DNA from: an uncultured Nitrososphaerota archaeon | Lineage (GTDB): Archaea > Korarchaeota > Korarchaeia > Korarchaeales > Korarchaeaceae | Assembly (NCBI GenBank): GCA_964594835.1 | Contig: CAZQNA010000002.1 | Coordinates: 64,001 to 128,000, forward strand | Reading direction: 5' to 3' | DNA length: 64,000 bases | Shown: piece by piece, positions 1 through 9,235 of the stretch | Layout of the letters: the number at the start of each line of letters is the position of its first letter | Position numbering within the stretch: the stretch's first letter is position 1 | The notes under the pieces: model-generated | The model's input: the letters and a program-made list of their open reading frames with translations, nothing else | Database searches by the model: none | Told to the model about the DNA's origin: nothing | Position numbers and translations under genes: made by a program

Positions 1-780
1 GTGGAGAAGGTGGGCTCAGGCCCCAGGGACCCGGGGGCCAAGCTGGCCGTGCTCGAGGACGGCGTCTTCGGGACCCTCGGGGGAGGGGAGTTCGAGAGGC
101 TGGTCGTCGAGGCGGCAAGGGAGGCGCTCCAGGACGGCAGGCCCAGGCTCCTCAGGTTCAGCTTCACCGAGTCCGGCTCTCCCGGGGCCATAGACACCGG
201 CCACCTGTGCGGGGGTGAGTCAACCGTGTTCATCGACGTGCTGGTGCCAGACCCGAGGCTCTTCCTAGTGGGGTCCGGGCACGTGGCCCTCCAGGTCCAC
301 AGGGTGGCCCAGGTCCTGGGGTGGCGCTCCGTGGTGGTGGACGACCACCCGGAGACGGCCACGCCCGCGAGGTTTCCGGGGGCCGAGCTGAGGGTCGGTG
401 ACCCCGTCGAGGGACTCGCGAGGGATCCGCCGGGCCCGGAGGACCTCCTCTTCATAGCCCACGGCGAGCCGAACGTGGAGTACAGGGTGCTGCAGTTCCT
501 GTGCGGCCTCGAGAGGCTCCCGAGGTACGTCGGCCTCCTGGGGAGCAAGACGAAGGGAGGAAAGCTGCTGGCCAGGCTCAGGGACGAGGGGCTCGACTTC
601 TCCAGGCTCAAGGGGGTCCTGAGGGTGCCGTCCGGCCTCGACCTCGGGTCTGACACCCCCGGGGAGGTCGCCGTCAGCGTGGTGGCGGAGATGCTGGCCG
701 TGGTGAAGGGGGTCACGCCCCCCGGCTCGATGTCGATGGCAGACGGGATGATAGAGGCCCTAGAGAGGGGTTCGGATTGA
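1..780 (+). CDS. xdhC: XdhC/CoxI-family molybdoenzyme maturation factor (5' end probably outside window)
   Basis: GTLGGGEFE, CGG, GSGHVA, YVGLLGS and PSGLDLGSDTPGEVAVS motifs; adjacent to Moco and XDH genes. Confidence 0.85.
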   Translation: MEKVGSGPRDPGAKLAVLEDGVFGTLGGGEFERLVVEAAREALQDGRPRLLRFSFTESGSPGAIDTGHLCGGESTVFIDVLVPDPRLFLVGSGHVALQVHRVAQVLGWRSVVVDDHPETATPARFPGAELRVGDPVEGLARDPPGPEDLLFIAHGEPNVEYRVLQFLCGLERLPRYVGLLGSKTKGGKLLARLRDEGLDFSRLKGVLRVPSGLDLGSDTPGEVAVSVVAEMLAVVKGVTPPGSMSMADGMIEALERGSD

Positions 781-2036
781 GCCTCAGGGAGAAGCTGTTC
801 AGGTACTCCCCGCTCGACGAGGCCCTCGACGCCCTCCTGTCCAGGGCCCGGCCGACGGAGGTGGAGGAGGTCCCCCTACCGGAGGCCGTCGGGAGGGTCT
901 CTGCGGAGGACCTGAGGGCCCCCTGGGACGTCCCCAGGAGGCCCACGTCCCTCTTCGACGGGTACGCGGTCTCGTCGGCCGACACCTCGGAGGCGGGACC
1001 CTCGAGCCCCGTGAGGCTTCGGGTGACGGGGGAGGTTCGGATAGGCGAGGATCCGGGTCGCCTGGATCCGGGTTGCGCCGTCTACGTGGCGACCGACGCG
1101 TACCTGCCCGAGGGGGCCGACGCCGTCATTCCGGTGGAGTCGGTCCCGCTGGAGGGAGATCGAATAGTCGTGAGGACCCCGATCCGCCCGGGGAAGAACG
1201 TTCTCCCGGCCGGGGCCGACGTGAGGGCTGGGCAGGTGGTGCTCAGGTCCGGCGAGCGGGTGGAGCCCAGGCACCTTGACCTGCTGGCCGACCTGGGGTT
1301 CCACAGGATCAGGGTGGCGAGGAGGCCGAGGGTGGCCGTAGTGCCGGTCGGCAGCGAGCTGAGCTACTCCCCCGGCGAGTCCGGCGGGTTGGGAAGGAAG
1401 CTGGAGGTCAGGCACGCTGTGGTGGGGGAGGCCGTCAGGCGAAACGGGGGAGAGCCCCTGAGGATGCCGATCGCCCCAGACGACCCGGGCGAGATAGGGG
1501 AGATCCTTCGGCGAGCCCTGAGCGAGGCCGACGTCGTCGTCACGGTGGGCGGGACGTCGATCGGCCGGTGGGACTACGTGTGGACGACCCTCAAGTCGAT
1601 GGACGGATTCGAGCCCGCGTTTCGGGGGCTCAGGCTCAAGCCGGGGCGGGTGACGAGCGCGGCGTTCGTCGGGGGGAAGCCCGTGGTCTTGCTCGCCGGC
1701 CACTACCAGTCCATGATCGTGGGCCTGGTCTACGTTCTCCTCCCCCTGGTGAGGGCGATGGTCGGCCTCCCGCCGGAGGCGAGGGTCGAGGTCGGTTGGG
1801 GGAGGCTGAGGGACTCGGTGGGTGACGAGAGGTACGCCCCCTTCAGGAGGATCGCGTTCGCGAGGCTGGAGGGGGAGGAGGTGATCCCGCTGAAGACGCC
1901 GAGCTTCTGCCGCCGGCCCGTCGTGGAGTCCGACGGATTCATAGAGATCCCGGAGGGGGTCGAGAGGCTGGAGGCCGGCGAGGAGGTGGTGGTCTACGCC
2001 GGGAGAGGGCTCTGGGGAGAGGGGTTCCGAGCCTGA
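777..2036 (+). CDS. moeA: Molybdopterin molybdotransferase MoeA
   Basis: SLFDGYAV, LPEGADAVIPVE, GSEL, VVTVGGTSIG and KPG motifs; 419 aa. Confidence 0.88.
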   Translation: MSLREKLFRYSPLDEALDALLSRARPTEVEEVPLPEAVGRVSAEDLRAPWDVPRRPTSLFDGYAVSSADTSEAGPSSPVRLRVTGEVRIGEDPGRLDPGCAVYVATDAYLPEGADAVIPVESVPLEGDRIVVRTPIRPGKNVLPAGADVRAGQVVLRSGERVEPRHLDLLADLGFHRIRVARRPRVAVVPVGSELSYSPGESGGLGRKLEVRHAVVGEAVRRNGGEPLRMPIAPDDPGEIGEILRRALSEADVVVTVGGTSIGRWDYVWTTLKSMDGFEPAFRGLRLKPGRVTSAAFVGGKPVVLLAGHYQSMIVGLVYVLLPLVRAMVGLPPEARVEVGWGRLRDSVGDERYAPFRRIAFARLEGEEVIPLKTPSFCRRPVVESDGFIEIPEGVERLEAGEEVVVYAGRGLWGEGFRA

Positions 2037-2037
2037 G

Positions 2038-2661
2038 GTGCCCAGGGTCTCGCTGGTGGTGCTCGCCGCTGGCGAGTCCAGGAGGTTCGAGGCCGGGAAC
2101 AAGCTGCTCTTCAGGGTCGGGGGCAAGTCCCTCATAAGGAGGGTCGTGGAGACGGCCCTCGCGTCCCTCGCGTCGGAGGTCATCGTGGTCACCGGGTATC
2201 AGGCGGAGCTGGTGGAGGTCGAGATCTCCGACTTGCGGGACGAGAGGCTGCGGGTCGTCAGGAACCCGGAGTACCGGGGGGGCATGTCCAGCTCCGTGAG
2301 GGTGGGCGTGGCCTCCGCCTCCCCGAACTCGGAGGCCGTGGCCATACTCCCGGCCGACGTGGCGTTCATCTCACCCCGGGCGATCGACAAGGTCATACTG
2401 GCCTACGCCCGCGGCAGGCCGAGGATAGCCGTGGCGTCCCACGCCGGGAGGTCGGGTCACCCCATCCTGTTCGACCGCTCCCTCATCCCCGAGATCCTCG
2501 GGATCGAAGAGGCCACGATGGGGCTGAAGGCCGTGGTCCGAAGGCACCGAGGAGAGATTCTGAGGGTTCCCGTTGGAGAGGAGGAGGTCCTGGTGGACGT
2601 GGACCGGCTTGAGGACCTCGAGCGGGTCGGTAGACCGGCCGAGGGCGATCCCTCCAGCTGA
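2038..2661 (+). CDS. mocA: Molybdenum cofactor cytidylyltransferase (MocA-like NTP transferase)
   Basis: LAAGESRRF..NKLL, NPEY..GMSSS, GHPILF and DVD motifs; sits beside XDH-family enzymes, which use the MCD cofactor. Confidence 0.8.
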   Translation: MPRVSLVVLAAGESRRFEAGNKLLFRVGGKSLIRRVVETALASLASEVIVVTGYQAELVEVEISDLRDERLRVVRNPEYRGGMSSSVRVGVASASPNSEAVAILPADVAFISPRAIDKVILAYARGRPRIAVASHAGRSGHPILFDRSLIPEILGIEEATMGLKAVVRRHRGEILRVPVGEEEVLVDVDRLEDLERVGRPAEGDPSS

Positions 2662-2933
2662 GTCCGCAGAGACCCACCCGATATTGGCGGGAACACCACG
2701 AGCTCGTCTCCGTCCCTTAGCTCGTCCTCTAGAGAGACCTGAAGCCCGTCCCTGGCGACCCAGTAGGCGTATCCCATCAGGGCCCTCATCCTCCTCAGCG
2801 CCCCCGGGAACATCCTGACAAGCTCCTCCACGGCGTGCCCCACCCTGGCCCCGTCGAGCAGCTCCAGAGTGACCTCACTCACGCCGACGCGGTGCCCCAG
2901 TACGGCGTAGAAGCGCACCCTGACCCTCATCAC
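2457..2933 (-). CDS. MoaD/ThiS/SAMP ubiquitin-like protein; the di-glycine at residues 86-87 is followed by a 71-aa extension
   Basis: VRVRFYA...LRDGDELVVFPPISGG beta-grasp signature; no stop codon after GG (2673-2678). Confidence 0.75.
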   Translation of the reverse strand: MMRVRVRFYAVLGHRVGVSEVTLELLDGARVGHAVEELVRMFPGALRRMRALMGYAYWVARDGLQVSLEDELRDGDELVVFPPISGGSLRTQLEGSPSAGLPTRSRSSSRSTSTRTSSSPTGTLRISPRCLRTTAFSPIVASSIPRISGMRERSNRMG

Positions 2934-2940
2934 ACGGGGA

Positions 2941-5274
2941 TCACTCCCCGGGCATCACCCCAGCCCTCCTCAGGGCGAAGTAAACCTTCTCGGGGGTGGC
3001 CGGGATCTCCGCTATCCTCACGCCCGTCGCGTTCTTCACGGCGTTCATTATGGCCGCCGGCGTCGGGATAAGCGCCATCTCTCCCACGCCCTTGGCCCCG
3101 AACGGCCCGTACTCGTAGAGGTCCTCCACGTAGATCGGCTCCTCGACCTCCGGCATGTCGAGTGAGGTCGGGATCAGGTAGTCCGTGAAGTTCGGGTTCA
3201 GCATGCGCCCGTTCTCGAACTTCAGCTCCTCTGTGAGGGCGTACCCCATTCCCTGGGCGATGGCACCCTCGATCTGCCCCTCCACCAGGGTCGGGTTCAG
3301 GATCTTCCCCGCGGCCAGGGCGGGCCAGACCCTCACGACCCTCACCTTGCCGGTCTCCAGGTCCACCTCCACCTCAGCCACGTTGGCGATGTAGCTGAAC
3401 GCCGGGTACGCGTATCCCAGCCCCCTCTCCATGTCGAACGTGCCCTTCGGCAGGAAGAAGTAGCCGGTGGCGCTCATCTCGTAGCCCATGCTGTAGGCCG
3501 CCTGGACGAGATCCTCCCACTCCACGTAGTCGTCGGGGTTGTCCCTGCGGAAGGCCCTGCCCTCCCTTATCTCCACCTCCAAGGGGTCGCACTCCAGCAG
3601 CCTGGCGGCCACCTCCGCCAGCCTCTCCCTCAGCTTCTTCGCCGCGACGTACACCCCTATCCCCCCTATGCTGGACCCCCTAGATGCGTGCGTCGCGCCG
3701 GTGTCCGGGGCGTCGCTGGTCCCCCCGACCACCTTGACCCTCTCAACGGGCACGCCCAGCACCTCCGCCGCTATCTGGGCGTGGGCTGTCCAGCTGCCCT
3801 GCCCTATCTCGCATATGCCCGTCTCCACGGTGACGCTGCCGTCCCTCCCGAGGATGACGGTGGCGTTGGACCAGTCCGGCACTCCCCTACTGGTGCTTAT
3901 CCCGTGGTAGCCGCAGGCTATCCCTATCCCCCTCCTGACCCTACCGGCCCTCTCCCTCCCGTACTCGCGCCACTTCGCCCTGAACCCGGTCCTCTCTCCA
4001 AGAAGCTTGACCGCCTCGTATATTCCGACCGAGGACTCCAGGAGCTGGTCGGTTATAGTCCTGCTCCCGGGCCTCAGCAGGTTCTTGAGCCTTATCTCCA
4101 GCGGGTCCATGCCCAGCCTCTCGGCCAGCTCGTCTAGCTGGCTCTCGGCTGCGAACTGGACCTGTGGGTTCCCGAACCCCCTGAAGGACCCCTCGAACAC
4201 CTTGTTGGTGTACACCAGGAAGCCGTCTACCTTGGCGTTCGGGATCTCGTACGGCCCGCCCGCGTGCATCGTGGCCCTCCAGAGGACGTACGGCCCCCTG
4301 TTCGCGTAGGCGCCGGAGTCGAGTATGATCTCGACCTCGATTGCCTTCAGCTTTCCGTCCCTCGTCGCTCCGGTCTTGTACCTGACGATTGACGGGTCCC
4401 TCTTGCATGTGGAGGTGAAGCTGTCCCTCCGGCTGTAGACCAGCACGGCCGGCTTGCCGGTCTTCACGGCCACCAGGCCAGCCATGGCACTCACAATGGG
4501 ACCCATGTCGTCCTTCCCGCCGAACCCTCCGCCGACGTAGGGCTGGACGACCCTGACCATGCTGTGTGGCAGCCCCAGGACCCTCGCCGTGATCCTCTGG
4601 CAGAGGTGCGGGTACTGTATGGAGGCGATTACCGTCACCCCTCCCTGGGTGTCCGGTATGGCGACGGCCCCCTCTGTCTCCATGGGGGCGTGCTCCTGGT
4701 GGCCCGTCCGGTAGGTGTTCTCCACGACTACGTCTGACTCCTCGAATCCTCTCTCGACGTCTCCCTTCCTCACCTTGGTCATCTCGGCTATGTTCGTGCC
4801 CCTGTCCTCGTGCACAAGAACGTCGGACCTCTCCATCGCCTCGAGCGGGTCGAACACTGCGGGGAGCTCCTCGTACCTCACCTCCACAAGCTCGGCGGCC
4901 TTCTCGGTGAGGTCCTCGTCCGGGGCCGCCACGAGGGCGACCGGCTCTCCGACGTACCTCACCTTGTCCGCGGGCAGGAGGGGCTGATCCGGCAGGGCGT
5001 AGCCCACCTGGTTCTCCCCGGGAATGTCCGCGGCCGTGAAGACGCGGACGGGGCCCAGGCTCAGGGCCCTCTCGGCGTCTATCTCGATGATCCTCCCGTG
5101 GGGGATGGGGCTCTTCACCAGCCTGACGTGGAGGGCGTCCTTCAGGACGAAGTCGCCCGTGAACCTGGCCCTCCCGGTGACCTTGTCCACGGCGTCGATC
5201 CTCCTGACGCCCTTGCCCACGACCAGGAACTCCTCAGCCTTCCGAATCTCCTCCAGTACGGAGATCGAGCTCAT
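2941..5274 (-). CDS. Xanthine dehydrogenase family molybdopterin-binding (large) subunit, copy 1
   Basis: KVTGRARF, GGGFGGK, FRGFG, EIGQG and AKGVGE motifs; ATG at 5274 overlaps the upstream stop. Confidence 0.92.
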   Translation of the reverse strand: MSSISVLEEIRKAEEFLVVGKGVRRIDAVDKVTGRARFTGDFVLKDALHVRLVKSPIPHGRIIEIDAERALSLGPVRVFTAADIPGENQVGYALPDQPLLPADKVRYVGEPVALVAAPDEDLTEKAAELVEVRYEELPAVFDPLEAMERSDVLVHEDRGTNIAEMTKVRKGDVERGFEESDVVVENTYRTGHQEHAPMETEGAVAIPDTQGGVTVIASIQYPHLCQRITARVLGLPHSMVRVVQPYVGGGFGGKDDMGPIVSAMAGLVAVKTGKPAVLVYSRRDSFTSTCKRDPSIVRYKTGATRDGKLKAIEVEIILDSGAYANRGPYVLWRATMHAGGPYEIPNAKVDGFLVYTNKVFEGSFRGFGNPQVQFAAESQLDELAERLGMDPLEIRLKNLLRPGSRTITDQLLESSVGIYEAVKLLGERTGFRAKWREYGRERAGRVRRGIGIACGYHGISTSRGVPDWSNATVILGRDGSVTVETGICEIGQGSWTAHAQIAAEVLGVPVERVKVVGGTSDAPDTGATHASRGSSIGGIGVYVAAKKLRERLAEVAARLLECDPLEVEIREGRAFRRDNPDDYVEWEDLVQAAYSMGYEMSATGYFFLPKGTFDMERGLGYAYPAFSYIANVAEVEVDLETGKVRVVRVWPALAAGKILNPTLVEGQIEGAIAQGMGYALTEELKFENGRMLNPNFTDYLIPTSLDMPEVEEPIYVEDLYEYGPFGAKGVGEMALIPTPAAIMNAVKNATGVRIAEIPATPEKVYFALRRAGVMPGE

Positions 5275-5771
5275 CCCCTCACACCCCCCGCCACCCTCTC
5301 GGCCGCCAGCCTCACGGCCCTGACTATCTTGGCGTAGCCGGTGCACCTGCACAGCACGCCAAGGATCGCCTCCCTCACAGTCCGCTCGTCCGGGTTCGGG
5401 ACGCGGTCGAGCAGCGCCTTGGCCGTCAGGACCATGGCGGGCGTGCAGAACCCGCACTGCACGGCCCCGGCCTCCACGAACGCCTCCTGAACGGGGTGCA
5501 GCCTCTCCGGCTCTCCGATCCCCTCGACCGTGGTGACGCTCCTCCCGTCGACCTGCGGGGCCAGCATCAGGCACGACCTGACCGGGAGGCCGTCCACCAG
5601 CACGGTGCACATCCCGCACTCGCCGGTCTCGCAGCCCCGCTTCACGCTGAGGATCTTCAGCTCGTTCCTCAGGAGGTCCAGCAGCGTGGCGTTAGGCCTG
5701 GTGGTCACCTCCACCTTCCGGCCGTTGAGGGTGAACCTCACCAGGACGGTCCCGTCTCCCTCGACCCTCAC
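5271..5771 (-). CDS. XDH-family (2Fe-2S) small subunit, copy 1
   Basis: GCETGECGMCTV...SC, QCGFCTP and LCRCTGY motifs. Confidence 0.93.
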   Translation of the reverse strand: MRVEGDGTVLVRFTLNGRKVEVTTRPNATLLDLLRNELKILSVKRGCETGECGMCTVLVDGLPVRSCLMLAPQVDGRSVTTVEGIGEPERLHPVQEAFVEAGAVQCGFCTPAMVLTAKALLDRVPNPDERTVREAILGVLCRCTGYAKIVRAVRLAAERVAGGVRG

Positions 5772-6640
5772 GCCGACACACCCCCTGCCCTCTCCAAGGC
5801 CCTCTCAAGGGTCCTCCTCACCAGGGTGACGGACATCTCCTCCCTGTACTCCCTCGACCCCCTCACGTCCGTTATCGGCCTCACGTCAGCCCTCGCCTCC
5901 CTGCTTGCGCTCCTCACGGCCTCCCTGGTAGCCGGCTGACCCCTGAGAGCCTCCTCCACCCTGGAGGCCCTTATCGGCGTCGGGGCCACGGCCCCGAGCG
6001 CGACCCTCGCGTCGACGACCCGCCCCCCGGAGACCTCGACCAAGGCGGCAGCGGAGACTATGGAGAGGGCCCCCTCCCTCACCGTGAGCTTCTCGAAGGC
6101 CGCACTCTGTCCCGGTCGCAACTTCGGGACGACCACCTCCGCCAGGACCTCTCCGACCCCCAGGACCGTCTGCCCCGGCCCCGTGAAGAACCCCTCGACG
6201 GGAACCTCCCTCCTGCCTCCGGGACCGACGATCACCAGCGTGGCCCCGTGGACCATCAGGGGAGGGGCAGTATCCGCCGCCGGTGAGGCGTTGCACAGGT
6301 TGCCCCCTATGGTGGCCGTCGTCTTGATGTGCCAGCTCGCCATTAGCCCGACGGCCTCGCTGAGGACGGGAACCCCGCGGGCGATCTCCTCCGAGTTCTC
6401 TATCTCCCACAGGGTGGTGGCGGCCCCTATCCTGATCCGGTCCCCCTCGTCCCTGATGAACCGTATCTCCTGCAGCCTGCTCAGATCTACGACGTGCCTC
6501 GGGCTCACCAGGCCGGCCCTCATCTTCACGACCAGGTCCGTCCCTCCCGCTATCGCCCTGGCGTCTGGCCCCAGCTCCGAGAGGAGCCTGACGGCCTCCT
6601 CGAGAGAAGCTGGCCTGTGATACTCGAACTCGGGCAGCAT
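5768..6640 (-). CDS. XDH-family FAD-binding medium subunit, copy 1
   Basis: AGGTDL, ATIGGNLCNASPAAD and DVRGS motifs; start MLPEFEYHRP at 6640. Confidence 0.92.
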   Translation of the reverse strand: MLPEFEYHRPASLEEAVRLLSELGPDARAIAGGTDLVVKMRAGLVSPRHVVDLSRLQEIRFIRDEGDRIRIGAATTLWEIENSEEIARGVPVLSEAVGLMASWHIKTTATIGGNLCNASPAADTAPPLMVHGATLVIVGPGGRREVPVEGFFTGPGQTVLGVGEVLAEVVVPKLRPGQSAAFEKLTVREGALSIVSAAALVEVSGGRVVDARVALGAVAPTPIRASRVEEALRGQPATREAVRSASREARADVRPITDVRGSREYREEMSVTLVRRTLERALERAGGVSA

Positions 6641-6783
6641 CTCAACCTGCCCTCCTTGAGTCTGACGCCCAGAGCCCTTCCGGCGGGCCCGGGCGCTCAG
6701 ATCCGCTGGGGACGGCTCCGGCTTCAATAAATAGTTGGAGGAGGGGGAGTGGCCCCCCGGCCAGACGCCAGCCGACCGGGGGT

Positions 6784-7722
6784 TCAGACCCCCAGGATCT
6801 CCTTCACCAGGGCGGCCCTTACGTACATCCCGTTGACGGCCTGCTGGAAGTACTTGGCCTGCGGGAGGGAGTCGACGCTCTCGTCGAGCTCCCACACCCT
6901 GGGCAGCGGGTGCATTATGATGGGGATCTTTCTGAACCTCCTCAGGAAGTCGGCGTCCACCCTGTAGCTCCCCTTCAGCCTCTCGTACTCCTCCGGGTCG
7001 GGGAACCTCTCCTTCTGGAGCCTGGTGACGTAGAGCACGTCGAGTTCCTCGATCACGTCCTCCAGCGTCGAGGTCTTGGAGTACTCCACCCTGCCCTCTA
7101 TCCTCTCCACGACCTCCGGCCTGATCTGCAGGGGGTCGGGGGCTATGTACCGTATCCTGACGCCATCGAACAGGGAGAGCATGTAGGACAGTGAACTCGG
7201 GGTCCTCCCATGCTTCAGGTCGCCCATTATGCCCACAGTCACGCCGTCGACCCTGCCCAGCTCCCTCCAGATAGTGTACACGTCCAGCAGGGCCTGGGTC
7301 GGGTGCTCGTTCCACCCGTCGCCGGCGTTTATCACGGGGGCCTCGCATATCTCCGCCACCTTCGCGGCCATGCCGGGTGTGCCCTGCCTCAGAACGATCA
7401 CGTCGGGGCCGTAGCCGTCCACCATCCTGAGGGAGTCCTCCAGGCTCTCCCCCTTGGCCCTGCTGGTAGCGGCCTCCGGGCCGAAGTCCACCACTGCCCC
7501 GCCCAGCTTGACCATGGCGTAGGTGAAGCTGAGCCTGGTCCTGGTGCTCGGCTCCATGAAGACGGTGGCCATCAGCTTCCCTCTGGCGTAGTCCAGGACG
7601 CCCCTCTCGGCGATCTCCTCTCTCAGCCTCTCGGCCAGCCGGAAGAGCCCCTCCACCTCCTCCCTGGAGAAGTCCAGGGCGGAGATCACGTCCCTACCCT
7701 TCAGGCTACCCAACTCGCGCAC
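6784..7722 (-). CDS. pyrB: Aspartate carbamoyltransferase catalytic subunit (PyrB-like)
   Basis: FMEPSTRT, KGESL, INAGDG..EHPTQALLD, YVTRLQKER and MHPLPR motifs. Confidence 0.85.
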   Translation of the reverse strand: MRELGSLKGRDVISALDFSREEVEGLFRLAERLREEIAERGVLDYARGKLMATVFMEPSTRTRLSFTYAMVKLGGAVVDFGPEAATSRAKGESLEDSLRMVDGYGPDVIVLRQGTPGMAAKVAEICEAPVINAGDGWNEHPTQALLDVYTIWRELGRVDGVTVGIMGDLKHGRTPSSLSYMLSLFDGVRIRYIAPDPLQIRPEVVERIEGRVEYSKTSTLEDVIEELDVLYVTRLQKERFPDPEEYERLKGSYRVDADFLRRFRKIPIIMHPLPRVWELDESVDSLPQAKYFQQAVNGMYVRAALVKEILGV

Positions 7723-7764
7723 ACCTCCCTACCCTCTCAACCACACCTCCCCACGGGGTTCGCA

Positions 7765-8283
7765 TCACCCCGGCTCCCCTCCCGAGGCCGGCTCGGGGGC
7801 CCGAGACCCAGCGGCCTCTGAGGCGGCCCTCTTGATGGCCCTGATTATGTTGACGTAGCCCGTGCACCTGCAGAGGTTCCCCCTGACGTACTCCTTGATC
7901 TCCTCCTCCGTGGGGTTGGGGTTCTCCCTCAGGAGGGCCTGGGCCGTGAGTATGAAGCCGGGCGTGCAGAACCCGCACTGAATGGCCCCCTCCTCTATGA
8001 AAGCCCTCTGGAGGGGCGTGAGGTCTTCCTCCCCAGAGGCGAGGCCCTCTATGGTGGTGACCTCCCTCCCGTCGACGTCGACGGCCAGGGTCAGGCAGGA
8101 CAGGACGGGCTCGCCGTCCAGCAGGACCGTGCACCCACCGCACTCCCCTATGCCGCACCAGTACTTGGTTCCCGTGAGGTGGAGCCTGTCCCTGAGCACG
8201 TTTATCAGGAGCTCGTTCGGCATCACGCTGAGCTGGAGCCACTCACCGTTCAGCCTGAACCTGATGACCTTGGGCTCCATCAT
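7765..8283 (-). CDS. XDH-family (2Fe-2S) small subunit, copy 2
   Basis: CGIGECGGCTV, QCGFCTPG and NLCRCTGY motifs. Confidence 0.93.
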   Translation of the reverse strand: MMEPKVIRFRLNGEWLQLSVMPNELLINVLRDRLHLTGTKYWCGIGECGGCTVLLDGEPVLSCLTLAVDVDGREVTTIEGLASGEEDLTPLQRAFIEEGAIQCGFCTPGFILTAQALLRENPNPTEEEIKEYVRGNLCRCTGYVNIIRAIKRAASEAAGSRAPEPASGGEPG

Positions 8284-9188
8284 CGCACCTCACCCCCGTC
8301 CCCGACCCTGACCATGCCCAGGGCCTCGCGGAGGGCGTCAGCCACGATGACCTTGGTGACCTCGCGCCTGTACTCCGCCGTAGACCTGACGTCGGTTATG
8401 GGCCTGATCTCCTCCGAGGCTATCTCGCCGACCCTCCTCAGCAGGTCCTCGGTGGGCGGCCTCCCCTCGAGCGCGGCCTCGGCCTCCCTCGCCCTCATGG
8501 GCGTGGGGGCGACAGAGCCCAGGGCTATCCTGACGTCGGAGGCGGACCACCCCCTGAGGGTCAGCGCGACGGCCACGTTCACCTTGGCCAGGTCCATGGC
8601 TGTCCTCGCCACCTTGATGAACGCGGAGCCCGTCCCCTCAGGCTGCCTCGGGATCCAGATCTCGGTCAGCATCTCCCCTGGCCTCATGGCCGTCCTGCCG
8701 GGGCCCGTGAAGAAGTCCTCGATCGGGAGGGTCCTCTCCCCCGAGACGCTGGCGAGCTTCACCCTCGCCCCGTAGACCATCAGGGGAGGGGCGGTGTCCG
8801 CCGCGGGGGAGGCGTTGCACAGGTTGCCCCCTATGGTGGCCATGTTCCTGACCTGAACCGAGGCCATCCACCTTATGGCCCGGTACAGGGCCGGGAAGAG
8901 CCTCCTGATGGTCCCGCTCCTCTCGAGCCTCCTCAGCCTGGTGGCCGCCCCTATCCTCACGCCGGTGGGCCCTTCCCTGACGTAGTCCAGCTCGGGTATC
9001 CTCTTGATGTTAATGACGCACTTCGGCTCGACCCTCCGCATCTTCATCTGCACCAGGAGGTCGGTCCCCCCGGCCAGTATCCTGGCGGCCTCCCCCCACC
9101 TCGCCAGGAGCTCCAGGGCCTCCCTTATGGTCCTGGGCTCGTGGTACTCGAACTCCACCGGGATTATGTGGGTGTTGAATCGGTTCAC
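8280..9188 (-). CDS. XDH-family FAD-binding medium subunit, copy 2 (start uncertain: GTG 9188 or CTG 9239)
   Basis: AGGTDLL, ATIGGNLCNASPAAD and DVRSTAEYR motifs. Confidence 0.9.
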   Translation of the reverse strand: MNRFNTHIIPVEFEYHEPRTIREALELLARWGEAARILAGGTDLLVQMKMRRVEPKCVINIKRIPELDYVREGPTGVRIGAATRLRRLERSGTIRRLFPALYRAIRWMASVQVRNMATIGGNLCNASPAADTAPPLMVYGARVKLASVSGERTLPIEDFFTGPGRTAMRPGEMLTEIWIPRQPEGTGSAFIKVARTAMDLAKVNVAVALTLRGWSASDVRIALGSVAPTPMRAREAEAALEGRPPTEDLLRRVGEIASEEIRPITDVRSTAEYRREVTKVIVADALREALGMVRVGDGGEVR

Positions 9189-9235
9189 CGGGAACTCCCG
9201 GATCCCGCCACCGACCTCAGAACCGGCTCCCTCGG

